Below are positions 1-12,154 of a DNA stretch of 64,000 bases, piece after piece. Below the pieces are notes generated by a model. The model was not told the origin of the DNA and made no database searches. It saw nothing but the letters and a program-made list of their open reading frames with translations. The stretch comes from Mobula hypostoma. Taxonomy: Eukaryota. The DNA lies in the NCBI RefSeq assembly GCF_963921235.1, contig NC_086108.1:54934001-54998000 (forward strand), written 5' to 3'. The stretch's first letter is position 1; every line of letters starts with the position of its first letter. Both the position numbers and the translations under genes were made by a program.

Positions 1-2723
1 AACCAGATGCAACATAGTTATTTAGCTTCACTGCCGCAGCCCTTGCTTCCACAAGATAACTTCTTTTTCATCCTTATTGCAGACTATGGATGAGATTTCA
101 TATAAACTATATTCAATGTCTAATCTGCACAAAGGGATTAAAATCTTGATTACAAGACAAAGAAGCAATTTTCTTCCCCCAATGTTGAACACTTCCATGT
201 GAGTTGTTGAAAAGATCCAGACCCTACCCAGTATGTTTTTTGGCATTAATTTCATGATGATAATTTTGTGAAATCCTGGAAAATTAAAAAAAACACTTTA
301 ATTTTGTTATGTGGAATTAATTCTTCCAGCCGCATTGGCTGTGGTTTAACCTCCAAATATTGATGGACTCTGCCAAGTTTAAAGCTGATTTTAGCTAATT
401 AAGAGCTGTTTAAATGGTTGCTCATATTTCCAAAATGATGATGTGAACCAGAGGGTAGAAGAAATAATATAAGTAAATTATTTTAGGGTTAATTTTCACA
501 AAGAGTAGGAGTCAAGATAAGTTGAGCTATAAGAAAGAAAAAATAGACCTGGGAAGGTGGGAGGAATTTGGATAACTTGGCAAGCACAATTTATGTTTTT
601 GCTTTGTGAAATTAGAGTAATCGTTTAAAAAATACAAAAGAAGCTGAAATATTGTGACCCAATTTTATTTTTCAATTTGTGATCAAGGGACAGCAATTGA
701 TGTTAATTTTAATTAAAGATTTCAATAAAAATAATGGACAGTTTTCAACCCAAAATATTGACATTCAACCGCCACCCCCCCCCCACACACATTCTACTGT
801 GTTCCACCTGATTGTTTGTTGCTCCCGATTTCAGTACCTGTAGTCTCTTGAGTCTGTAAACAAAAATTAAGCTGTAGCGTGTTGGTCCTGATTATCTCGC
901 TGTTACTTGTTCATGTACTTCTCTGCTCATGTGCATGCACCTGTGCATGCCTTTCTTGCTGGCCTGCAACATTATTGCCTCCAGTGGCAAAGTCAGAATC
1001 ATAAAGTGGATTCTGCACTGTTGGAGAGAGCTAGCAGTTCAGCAGGTATGTACGGAATTTAAGGTACATATGATATAAATGTAAAGGAACAAAGGAGGGG
1101 GAAGGGCAGGATTGGGTAGGCACTGAGAAAGAGAATGCCCTAGAAAAGTCAAGAATAAAATCTGTGAGCTTTGTGCCCAGTCCACTTCCCCAATAGGCAA
1201 GACTTCACATGTATCACACTCAAATAAATCAGGCATAAATAACTTCATATTTTAGGCAAAGAGGGCTCTGAGTAAAATGCACTCTAATCCAGCAACTAAT
1301 CCTAGATGCTTCACGCACACAGCATTTTTAGTGCATGCAGGTAGGCACAACGAAAGGGCTGTTTCCAACGAAGCATTTTCAATAAGGTTGCATGTCTAAA
1401 TAAATATTTATCAAGTACTTGTAAAAATGGGATTTAATTGCAAGTGAAATTATTATTTTCTTTCACATGTATATTTACGTATATTTTATTGTATATAAAT
1501 ATTATAAAAATTCACCACACAAGGAACTCTTCAGACTTTGGAGATTTTGGTTGTTTGGGTTTTCACAATTCTGTCTGTCAAGTTGTGTGAAGTGTGAGCT
1601 GATAATGGGTGCAGGTATGGCAATAAGTTTGTCATTTGATCAGCATTGAGAAATACTCATACGAAAGTGTAAATGGGAGTGAGTTAATATCAAGTCTAAG
1701 TTCAAAGTAGATTTATTATCAAAGTACATATATGATACCATATCCAACCCTAAGATTTGTTTACTTGTGGGCATACACAATAAATCTATAGAATAATAAC
1801 CATAACAGAATCAATTTAAGACCGTTCAACTAGAGTGTTCGACCAGAGTGCAGAAGACAACAAACTGTGCAAATACAAAAAGAAGAAACAACAATAATAA
1901 ATAAATAAGCAATAAATATCACAAATATAAGATGAAGATTCCTTGAAAGGGAATCCATTTGTTGTGGGAGCATTTGAATGATGGAGTAAATGAAGTTGAG
2001 TGAAGTTATTACTTTTGGTTTAAGATCCTGACGGCTGAGAGGTAGTAACTGTTTCTGAACCTAATTGTGTGAGTCCTGAGGCTCTTGTACCTTCTTTCTA
2101 GATAGATAGATAGATACATATACTTTATTGATCCCGAGGGAAATTGGGTTTCGTTACAGCCGCACCAACCAAGAAAAGAGCATAAATATAGCAATACAAA
2201 AACCTCAAACAATCAAACAACAAAATGCAAACTATGCTAGATGGAAATAAGTTTCTAATGGCAGCAGTGAGAAGAGAGCATGTCCTGGTGGTTGGGGTCC
2301 CTGATGATGGATGCTGCTTTCCTGTGACAGTGTTTCATGTAGATGTGCTCAGTGGTTGGGGGGGTGTCACCGTGATGGACTGGGTTGTGTCCGCTACTTT
2401 TTGTAGGATTTTTCATTCAAGGGCATTGGTGTTTCCATTCCCAGGCTGTGATGGACTCTCCACTGCACATCTATGGAAGATTGACAGTCCTAGATGTCAT
2501 GCTGAATTTTCGCAAACTCCTTGGGAAGTCGAGATGCTGCTGTACTTTCTTCATAATTGCACTTACATGCTGGGCTGCCCAGGACGGGTCCTCTGAAATA
2601 ATAAAACCTAGGAACTTAAAATTACTGACCCTCTCCACCTCTGATCCTCCAATGAGGACTGGCTGATGAATCTCTGGTTTTCCTCTCCTGAAATACATAA
2701 TCAGCTCCTTGTCTTGGTGATAT

Positions 2724-2940
2724 TGTATGGCAATGTAATTTTGGTGGAAACATACGTAACTCACAACCGCTGGCATTGAGTTGGGGTTCACTTTAAGCAG
2801 CTGGTCTGACATGAAAACATAATTATGTAAAGGACTTTTACTGCGCTGTGTGTTCAGTTTCTTGGAGTTTAGTAAATGAGCTGTTGTGGTTTTTCTTAAG
2901 TATTAAATGCCTCACATCATTTTGTGTGTGAAAACCTACA
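2724..2940 (+). mobile_element. Short solo LTR (217 bp) with termini similar to the LTRs at 43188 and 47124
   Basis: TGTATGGCAATGTAAT...AAAACCTACA. Flanks atat/acat fit a 4-bp TSD with one mismatch. Interrupts the Rex1 RT frame. Confidence 0.65.
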
Positions 2941-3474
2941 ACATTGAGTAAGAGGTTATTGTTATGACACCACTCAGCCAGGTTTTCAATCTCCTTCCTA
3001 TATGCTGATTCAGCACCACCTTTGACATGGTCTATAGCAGTAGTGTCATCAGCAGTCTTGAATATGGCATTGGAGCTGTGCTTAGCCACACAGTCATCGG
3101 TGTAAAGTGAGTAGAGCAGGGGGCTTAGCACACAGCCTTGTGTGGCACCTGTGCTGATGAAGATCCAAGGAGGAGACACTGTTGCTAATCCAAACTGACT
3201 GGGGTTTGCAAGTGAAGAAGTCAAGGATCCGATTGCACAAGGAAGTATTGAGGCCAAGGTCTTGAAGCTTATTGATTAGTTTTGAGAGATTGACGGTATT
3301 AAATGCTGAGCTGTAGTCGACAAATACATCCTGATGTATACATTGTTGCTGTTCAAATGTTCCAGGGTTGAGAGAAGAGCTAATGGTATAGGATCTGCTG
3401 CGGTAGAGAAGTCGGAGTGGATCTACATCTCTCCTCAGGCAGTAACTGATATGTTGGCATGATGGTAGGGGTAG

Positions 3475-5400
3475 GCATTTGTGGCTGACAAAGGGAGTTA
3501 AGGACTGCATAAAAACCAAGAAAAGGGCATATAAAGTAGAAAAAGTGAGGGGGAAGTTGGAAGATTGGGAAGCTTATAAAATCCAACAAAAGGCAACTAA
3601 CAATGCTATAAGAAGCAGAAAGATGGAATATGAGGGCAAACTAGACAAAATATCAAGTTTTCTCAGTTATATACAGAGTAAAAGTGAGGCCAGAGTTGAT
3701 ATTGGACCACTGGAAAGTGATGCTGGTGAGGTAGTAATTGCGGACAAAGAAATGGCTGATGAACTTAATGGGTACTTTGCATCTGTCTTCACTGCCAGAA
3801 GTCTGTGAGTGTCAGTGAGTAGGAGTGAGTGCCATTGCTGTTACAAAGGAAAAAGTGCTAGGCAAACTCAAAGGTCTTAAGGAGGATAAGTCACCTGGAC
3901 CAGATGGACTACATCCCAGAGTCCTCAAAGATGTTGGAGAAGAGATAATAGATGTACTCATCATGATATTTCAAGAATCAGTCCCAGAGGACTCTTTAAG
4001 AAGGGAAGAAGGCAAAAGAAAGGAAATTATAGGTCAGTTAGTTTAAACTCAGTGGATTAGAAAGTGTTGGAGTCTGTTATTAAGGATGAGGTTTCAGGAT
4101 ACTTGGAGACTAATGAGAAAATAAGTCAAAGTCGGCATGGTTTCTGTAAAGGGAAATCTTGCCTGACAAATCTGTTAGGTTCCTCAAGGAAGTAACAAGC
4201 AGAGTGGACAAAGGAGAGGCAGAGGATTTTCAGAAGGCACTTGATAAGATGCCACACATGAGGTTGTTTAACAAGATAAAATCCTATGGCATTACAGGAA
4301 AGATACTGGTATGGATAGAGGAATGGCTGACAGGCTGGAGGCAGCGAGTGGGATTAAAGGAAGCTATTTCTGGTTGGCTACCAGTGACTAGTGGTGTTCC
4401 TCAGGTGTCAGTATTAGCACCACTACTTCTGAAATAGTTTGTCAGTGATTTTCATAATGGAACTGATGGCTTTGTGGCAAAGGTTGCAGATGATACGAAG
4501 ATAGGTGGAGGGGTATGTAGTGCTGAGGAAGCAATGTGATTGGAGCAGGACTTAGACAAATTGGAAGAATGGACAAAAAATGGTAAAAAGAATACAGTGT
4601 TGGGAAATGTATGATAATACATTTGGTAAAAGAAAAAATAGTGTGGACTATTATCTAAATGGGGAGAAGGTTCAAACATCAGGGGTGCAGAGGGACTTAG
4701 GAGTCCTTGTGCAAGACTCTCAGAAGGTTAAATTACAGGTTGAGTCTGTGGTAAAGAAGGCAAATAAAATGTTGGCAATTATTTGAAGGGGAATAGAATA
4801 TAAAAACAAGGAGATAATGCTGAGGTTTTATAAGACATGAGTCAGGCCACATTTGGAGTACTGTCTGCAGTTTTGGGCTCCGTATCTCAGAAAGGATGTG
4901 TTGTCATTGGAAAGTGTCCAGAGGAGATTCACGAGGATGATTCTGGGAATTAAGCAGTTAACATATGAGTCACGTTTGGCAGCTTTGGACCTGCACTCAC
5001 TGGAATTTAGAAGAATACTTGAGGATCTCATTGAAATCTACTGAATGTTGAAAGGACTAGATGGGGTGGATGTGGAGAGGATATTTCCTATGGTAGCGGT
5101 ATCCAGAACTAGAAGGCACAGCCGCAAAATTGAGGGGTGACCTTTTAGAACAGAGCTAAGGAGGAATTTTTTTAGCTGGAGAGTAGTAAATCTGTGGAAT
5201 GCTCTGTCACAGACGGTGGCGGAGGCCAAGTCCGTGGGTATATTTAAGACGGAGTTGATTGTTTCCTGATTGGTCAGGGCATCAAAAGATATGGCGAGAA
5301 GTCAGGCGTATGGTGAGTGGGATCCAGCAGCAGCCATGATGTAATGGCGGATCAGACTCGATGGGGTGAAGGGCCTAATTCTGCTCTTATGGTCTTGTGG
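3475..5400 (+). mobile_element. 5'-truncated, decayed CR1 LINE (ORF2 RT region and 3' UTR)
   Basis: KSPGPDGLHPRVLK, DFQKALDK, SGVPQVSVL, EYCLQFWAPY motifs across frameshifted ORFs; ends in a CR1-type tail ctcttatggtcttgtgg. Confidence 0.85.
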
Positions 5401-7681
5401 TTTGATGTTTCATCTCTAACCTCTTAAAACACTTAATCACTGTGGACGTAAGTGCTGCTGGGTGATAGTTAGTGAAACAGATCACCAAACTCTTCTTGGC
5501 CACCAGTGTGATTGAAGACTGTTTGGAGCAGGTGGATACCACACACTGCTGAAGCAGGACGTGAAAGATCTCAGTGAACACACCAGCTGGTTGATCAGCA
5601 CACATCTTTAGTACTTGGCCAGGTGTCCCATCTGGGCCGGATGCTTTTTGTGGGTTCACCTTCCTGAAGGCTTCTTGCACATCAGCTCTAGAGACTGAAA
5701 TCATTGATTATCGGGGAACATGGGTTTGTGACATGTTTTGACAGTCAATGGGTATTAAACTCACCTGGAAGCAAAGCCCGGTTGTCCCCATGTCCTTTGA
5801 TTTAACTTTGTAAGAGGTGATAGTATTCAAGCCCTGCCACAACTGTTGAGCATCCTTCATTAATTTAAGTTTGGTCTGAAGTTTCCACTTTGCCCATGAG
5901 ATGGCTTTCTGGTGACAGTACCTGAACCTCTTGTAACTTTCATCTTCACCAGACTTGAATCAGATGCGGTGAAAGCTAAAGAGAAATAATTGTTTAAGTA
6001 AAAGAGTAAAACACTACATAAGTGAAAAATATATATTTTAAAATCTATTGTACAACAGCAATTAATGGCTAAAGGAATAAGCCTTCACAATTAGATATTT
6101 AATTTTTAGTGAACAAGCTGTTGATTGCCAGTAATTAATAATCATCTCTTTATTAAAAGATGCTTTCGTGCAGTGAGTTTTGTTCATATGCACAATATTC
6201 TATGTGTTCCCACAACAAGATGAATGAGGGATTGTTTCAAGGAGGTAATTTTGGAATAATGCAATTTGATTAGTACATATTGGCACTTCACCACGTCAGT
6301 CTGTGCTCTTCAGCTGAAGGTGGTGTGCAAATTTTTCCACACATTTTGAAGAGTGCTGTTGGTCCTATTGGTTTCTTAGCAACAAACCCCGACTGTGCTA
6401 AAACAATCAATGGAACACATACCTTCCAGCCTCAACAGATCTTTGCATATGATTTATGAATGTGATAACTAGTGGAGCTTTGTACTAAACTATGTGAGGA
6501 ATATGGAAAGCAGTATATGCAGAATTCTTTCAAGGGGTAATGAAAAATGGAAAATGCTGGGAGCATCCGGAAAGTTAGGCAGCACCCATGGAAGGAGAAA
6601 TGGAATTAATGTTTTGGATTGAAAGCCCTTCATCAGAACTGAACAGAATTTCTGATTTAGTTTTAGATTTCTAGAATCTGCTGTTTTTATTTAATTCTTT
6701 AATCCTTTTGAAGGATGTTGGAAGGGGAAAGGTGGATAGGTGTAGAAAACATATTTTACTACTGTGCACATTCTGTTCTAATTTAAAACTAACTCATGTT
6801 ATCAGGCAGATAGAAGATTATTCATCCAATTATTCAATGCAAGATTGTGCGCATATCAGTGTACCTAAAATGCTCAAGTATCATTCCATAAACACAACGA
6901 TCAATGGAAAAGCAAAACCATTGATAGGTGTTGGTAAAATTAAACTTGGTATTGTTACTGAGACACGAGAGACAGCAAATGCTGGAGCCTGGAGAAAATA
7001 AAACAAGCTACTCCAACTCAGCGTGTTGAATAGAATCTGTGGAGGCAAAGAGGTGGTCGACATCTTGGGTCAAGACCTAGCATCAGTGTTGGGTGTTATT
7101 GTCGGACTTAATATGGTTATGGTATGCAAAGATAGGAAATGAGTGAGAATTTTCAGCAGAATATTTTAGTTTCACATTTCCCATATCAGCATATTTTCCT
7201 TCCATTGCCTTCCAAGACTAAGGTGGCTTAACTATTTTAACAACTGATTTTATTCCTGCTGGGACAAATCTGTCGACAATATTCATATTTTTCTAGCTTT
7301 CTTCCTAATTCATTTGCCGAGTTCCATGGCATAGAAAATTCACTTGTCTTCCAATTTTGAGTTTTGATGAAGAATCTACTCCTGCAAACTTCAATATACC
7401 TTCTCATACTCATAGTGGCAGCTGATGTCTATTCCTAGCAGTTTGTTTTCCTTTACTTTTGCAATATACACAGTTTTATTTACTTGAATGTATTTTGAAT
7501 TAAGACCAGGAAAGTTGTTAACACATTGAGTAAATCCTCCCTTTGATCTCTGAAGGAAGGCAACATCTGACAGAGGATATTTTGATCAGATTTAAAATAT
7601 GTAAGCAGATGCTGCATCTGTCACTCACTTACCCTGTCTCTGGGCCCAAATGCCATGAATACCACTGGCTGAAAAGTGGAC

Positions 7682-8766
7682 TGTCATGAGGGAGGGGTGC
7701 TGGGACCGGACCAAAATGCAAGACACAGACACTGAGGTACAAGGAACAGGACTAGGTGTGTCAAGAAAGCCAGGAAAGTGGGGAAGAAATGACGCTGGAC
7801 ATGACACAGGCCCTGGATGAGACAAGGATTCAGGATCTGGGCTAGGGCTTGGACTAGAGACACGGGACCTGCATGTGGAACTAGGAGCGGGGAGCCTGGA
7901 CTAGGACCCTGTGCCAAAGACTGGACAGGGGCCCAGAACCTGGGTCTTGACTCAGCTCAGGACCCAGATTTAGGTGAGGACAAGACGTGGCTACAGGATG
8001 AGATGAAAGACTCCTGGACAGGATGAGGGGGCTTCAGCCCAGGACGAGGGATCTCCAGCACCAGGCTGGGTGAGGTACTCCTGGGCTGGGCAAGGCACAA
8101 GGACAGGACAAAGCCTAGACTTGGTCGAGGGAGACAGGAATGCAGAGCACAGAGCCTTGGTCTTGGGAGACGGGAACGCAGAACACAGAGCCTCGGTGGT
8201 CTTGGGAGATGGGGACATGGAACACAAAGCCAGGACTCCTCCTTGGGAACAGGCCCTAGGGCCAGGACTCATACACGGAATGCTGAACTGAACATGACAG
8301 TTCCCAACACAAGGTAGCGGCAAACAGCCAGACCTACCTAGTGAAGACATGGACACAGAGACAGTTCCCAACACAAGTTGGCGGCAAACAGCCAGACCTA
8401 ACTAGCAAAGGCTTAGACACAGAGGCAGTTCCAAACAGCAAAAAGACAGTTCCTTATCTAGACACAGCAAGGCTCCGGACTTGCTCTGGTAGTAGAACTT
8501 GACAGCAAGCATAGGCGAGGACGCAGACAAGGCTTCAGGCAAAAGGTAGCAGGCGAAGCTTCAGCCAAGGGAAGGGAGGAGAAGGGAAGGGAACAGTCCA
8601 GCACTGAAGCTCAACCCAGGAGCTGTTTATGTAGCCAGCCCAAAATGAGAATCATGTGCCTCAATTAAGGCACCAACAGAACAAGGAAAAGTTGGAAAAC
8701 CTGGAATAAGGATCGATGGACTGGTCCGTGAACCAGAATGGGGACTTCACGGACCAGACCATGACA
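7682..8766 (-). mobile_element. Solo LTR (~1.08 kb), family A
   Basis: TGTCATG...CATGACA termini; reverse-complement homologue of 9025-10207. Flanks TGGAC/CAGAC are consistent with a CpG-decayed CGGAC 5-bp TSD. Strand is inferred. Confidence 0.75.
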
Positions 8767-9470
8767 CAGACAGGCTAAGACTGACTTTTCAAATAGTGGA
8801 TGTTTTCTCCTCCAATAGTTTCTAAGGGTTGTTGGCATTTATTGTTACATAGACATGATTAATTTTCACTTTAAGGAGAAAATATTTGTGATTATCAAAT
8901 AGAGTGAAAGATTGTTGTGGTGAACAGAGAGCACATTACCCTTAAGTAATGATGGTTTAAGCAACTGCATGGTGGGTTGATGTTTCTTCATTACTTCAAA
9001 TTACACCTTAGTTATGTTTATATCTGTCATGGACCGGTCCATGAAGTCCATATTCTGGTTCACGGTCTGGTCCATAGTTCCTTATTCCAGGGTTTCTGGT
9101 TTTCCCCCGTTTCTGTTGTAGGCACATGATTCTCGTTTTGGGGCTGAGACATAAACACCTCTGCAAACCAGGGATTCTCTGCTGGACTGTCTGTTCCCCT
9201 CTTTGTCTTTCCCCCCTCGCCTGACTCTCTGCCTGCTCACCTAGCCTGGATACCCCACCTGTATCGCTGAAGTTTTACTGCTGGAGCAAGACCAGAGCCT
9301 TGTTAGGTCAAGATAAGGAACTGTCTTTCGTTGTGTGGAATCGTCTCTCTGTGTCCACGCCTTTGCTACGTAGGTCCGGCCGTTTGCCGCTACCTTGTGT
9401 TGGGATCTGTCTCTTCATGTTCAGCATTCTGTGTATGAGTCCCGGCCCTATGTCCTGTTCCCAAGGAGGG

Positions 9471-9594
9471 GTCCCGTCTCTTCTAGTCCAAGGCTCCGTG
9501 CTCCCGTCTCTTCTAGTCCAAGACTCTGTGCTCCCGTCTCTTCTAGTCCAAGACTCCATGCTCCCGTCTCTTCTAGTCCAAGGCTCCATGCTCC
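9471..9594 (+). repeat. 30-bp minisatellite x4 inside the LTR
   Basis: Unit ctcccgtctcttctagtccaag(g/a)ctc(c/t)(g/a)tg repeated four times. Confidence 0.9.
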
Positions 9595-9800
9595 TGAAGG
9601 CCCTCATCCGGTCCGTGCCTAGTCCAGTCCTATCCGAGTCTTGTCCATGTGCCTTTACCTGTCCTTGTGTCTCGCCCTACCCAGGAGTGCCTCACCCAAG
9701 CCATGTCCAGTCCTGTAGCCTCGTCTTGTCCTCACCTAGTTCTGGAGTCCGAGCCCCAGGTTTTGGGTCCTTGCCCAGTCTCTGGCTTGGAGTCCATACC

Positions 9801-9956
9801 CAAGCCTCGAAGTACCCAAGACCCAAGACCCCAAGCCTCAAGCCTCAAGACCCCAAGCCAGTCTCCAAGCCTCAAGCCTCAACCCCCCAAGCCTGTCTCC
9901 AAGCCTCAAGCCTCAAGCCTCAAGACCCTAAGCCTCAAGCCTCTAAACCCCAGCCT
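9801..9956 (+). repeat. Degenerate 7-bp tandem array (caagcct/caagacc) inside the LTR
   Basis: Repeats visible directly in the sequence. Confidence 0.85.
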
Positions 9957-10889
9957 CCAGTCCTGCAGTCATGTCATGTCCTTGCCTGGTTCTGGAGCCC
10001 GAGCCCGAGGCAAGAGCCAGGTTCTGGGTCCTTGTCCAGTCTCTGGCTCAGGGTTCAAGCCCAGGCTCCTAGTTTATAGTTCCTTGTTCGGTTTCCCTGT
10101 TTCTTGTCCATGTCCTTGCCCAGGTCCTGCATCCTTGTCCTGTTCTCAGTACTTCAGTGCCTGTGTCTTGCACTTGGGTCCGTTTCCCAATGTCCCCCAT
10201 TGTGACAATATCACATGCTTACTGAGAAGCAGCAGTGACTTAAAATATATAAAAGCTTTTTGTAAAATGATTACATTCTGTATTTAGAACGTAGTATAAA
10301 TCACTTAGCCAATGCCATGAGCGTCTCATGTTTCTGCCAAGTCTGTTTCTCCAAACAGTAAAGAAACTTGTCTTGATATTGCTGTTTACATGTTATTCTC
10401 TTACTCGCCCTCGGCCACTGAGATGGGCATCAGAATATCGATTGCTGTTAAATGTGATAGATGAGGGCTTGAGGAGGGCTCACAGGGTTAATTGGAATGA
10501 TGAGGCTCAATTGAATGGCGCTGTGTTCTCTGGAATGTGGAAGAGATAATTAGTTTCGCACAACCTTGAATTTCATTTCAGAGCCTGGTTTGCTGGTCTC
10601 TTTATTTTGTTAGGCCAGTGCCTCTCATGCACTTTTCTGGATCCAGGTAACTTAACCTTACAAGCATACATCACACTGGGATTATTTTGAGTGCTTTTAA
10701 AATGTAAGCTTTAGCATTAATTTTTTTTTTAGATTTGCTCAGCCAACATATCTGACCACATGGATATACTGTACTTAATAGACATTAATTGAAAAGGTAC
10801 TCTGGAATGAATGTTCTGCAACACATTTTTAGAACCTTCTTTTAGATTTCAGTTCGTTCACATTTATTTTAGCATCTTTAGTCTTCTAT

Positions 10890-11932
10890 CACAGACACAA
10901 GAGAAACTGCAGATTCTGGAAATCTTGAGCAACGCACAAAATTGCTGGAGGAACTCAGCAGGTCAGGCAGCATCTATAGAGGGAAATAAACTACTGAGGT
11001 TTTGGTCCGTGACCCTTCATTAGGACTGGATAGGAAGCGGCAGAAGCCACAATAAGGTGGGGGGAGGGGGAGTACAAGGCAGCAGGTGTTAGATGAGACC
11101 ATCCCTCCCTGCTGGTCTGTTCTGGCACTTAACCCTGCAAATGGGACAAGTGCTACATCTGCCCATAAACCTCCTCCCTGATCACCATTCAGAGCCCCAA
11201 ACAGTCCCTCCAGGAGAGGCAACGCTTCACCTGTGAGCCTGTCAGTCACCTATTGTATCCAGTGCTCCTGTGCGGACTCCTCTGTCAGTGAGACCCAATG
11301 TAGGTTGGGAGCGAATTTGCGCTGTCTATCAGAAACTGCAGGATTTCAATTTGACTTCCCATTCTCATGCTGACATGTCTGTCTATGTCCACTGCCATGA
11401 TGAGGCCAAACTCAGGTTGGAAGAGAAACACATGATATTCCATACCTGTAGCTTCCAATCTGATGGCATAAGCATCAATTTCTCGAACTTCTAGTAGCTT
11501 CTCCCTGCCTCCCCCCCACCCATTGCTTTCTTTCTCAATTCCCCATTCTGGTTACCCTCTCTGCCCTTTTCTTCTCCTCCCCCACTCTCATGAACTGCAC
11601 ATCACCTCTCTCTGGTTCCTTCCTACTTCCCTTCAGTCCTTGGTCAATTTTCCTCTCCTATTAAATTTCTCCTTCAGCCCTTTACCTCTTACACCTATCA
11701 CCTCCCAGTTTCTTTACTTCACCCCCCTCTTCCACCCACCCACCTTCCCCCTCACCTGGTCTCACCTATCCATCTGCTAGCTTGTACTCGACCACCCCCA
11801 TCCCATATTTTAATTCTGGCTTCTCTCCCTTCCTTTCCAATTCTGATGAAGAACTTTGGCCTGAAACCTCAACTGTTTATTTTCTTCCATGGATGCTTCA
11901 TGACCTGCCAAGTTCCTCCAGCATTGTGTGTT
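10890..11932 (+). mobile_element. Penelope-like element 3' fragment with inverted terminal repeats
   Basis: GIY-YIG C-terminal remnant (RLEEKHMIFHTCSFQSDGISINFSNF). An inverted repeat copy on the left (gctggaggaactcagcagg) and a direct copy on the right both carry degenerate hammerhead cores. Confidence 0.75.
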
Positions 11933-12154
11933 TATTGGTCTTTTATCAGATTTGCTAAATCGGTCATATTTAGATCATAAGCATATGAGCAGAATTAGGT
12001 CATTTGAGCCACTAAGTCTGCTCCACCAATTGGTAATGGCTGATTTAATCTCAATCATATTCTCCTGCCTTATAACTATATAACCATATAACAATTACAG
12101 CACGGAAACAGGCCATCTCAGCCCTTCTAGTCCGTGCCGAACTCTTACTCTCAC

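Larger units (their letters stand above)
1697..5960 (-). mobile_element. Degenerate Rex1/Babar LINE (RT and 3' end), interrupted by a solo LTR and a CR1
   Basis: ORF fragments KASGPDGTPGQVLKMCADQPAGVF (5387-5704), DYSSAFNT (3094-3519), STGATQGCVLSPLLYSLYTDDC and KTADDTT (2838-3257), VERVSNFKFLG (2471-2812). Confidence 0.8.
9025..10207 (+). mobile_element. Solo LTR (~1.18 kb), family A, with internal minisatellites
   Basis: TGTCAT...GTGACA termini; perfect 5-bp TSD ATATC (9020-9024, 10208-10212). Confidence 0.85.

Noticed and set aside
1..1500. LEPROT or DNAJC6 terminal exon
   Set aside because: No frame resembles either C-terminus as recalled; a 3' UTR origin cannot be judged.
9471..9594. 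CRISPR-like 30-bp repeats
   Set aside because: No unique spacers, eukaryotic context; a simple tandem array.
9300..10287. 259-aa and 212-aa ORFs
   Set aside because: Products of stop-poor minisatellites inside a solo LTR.
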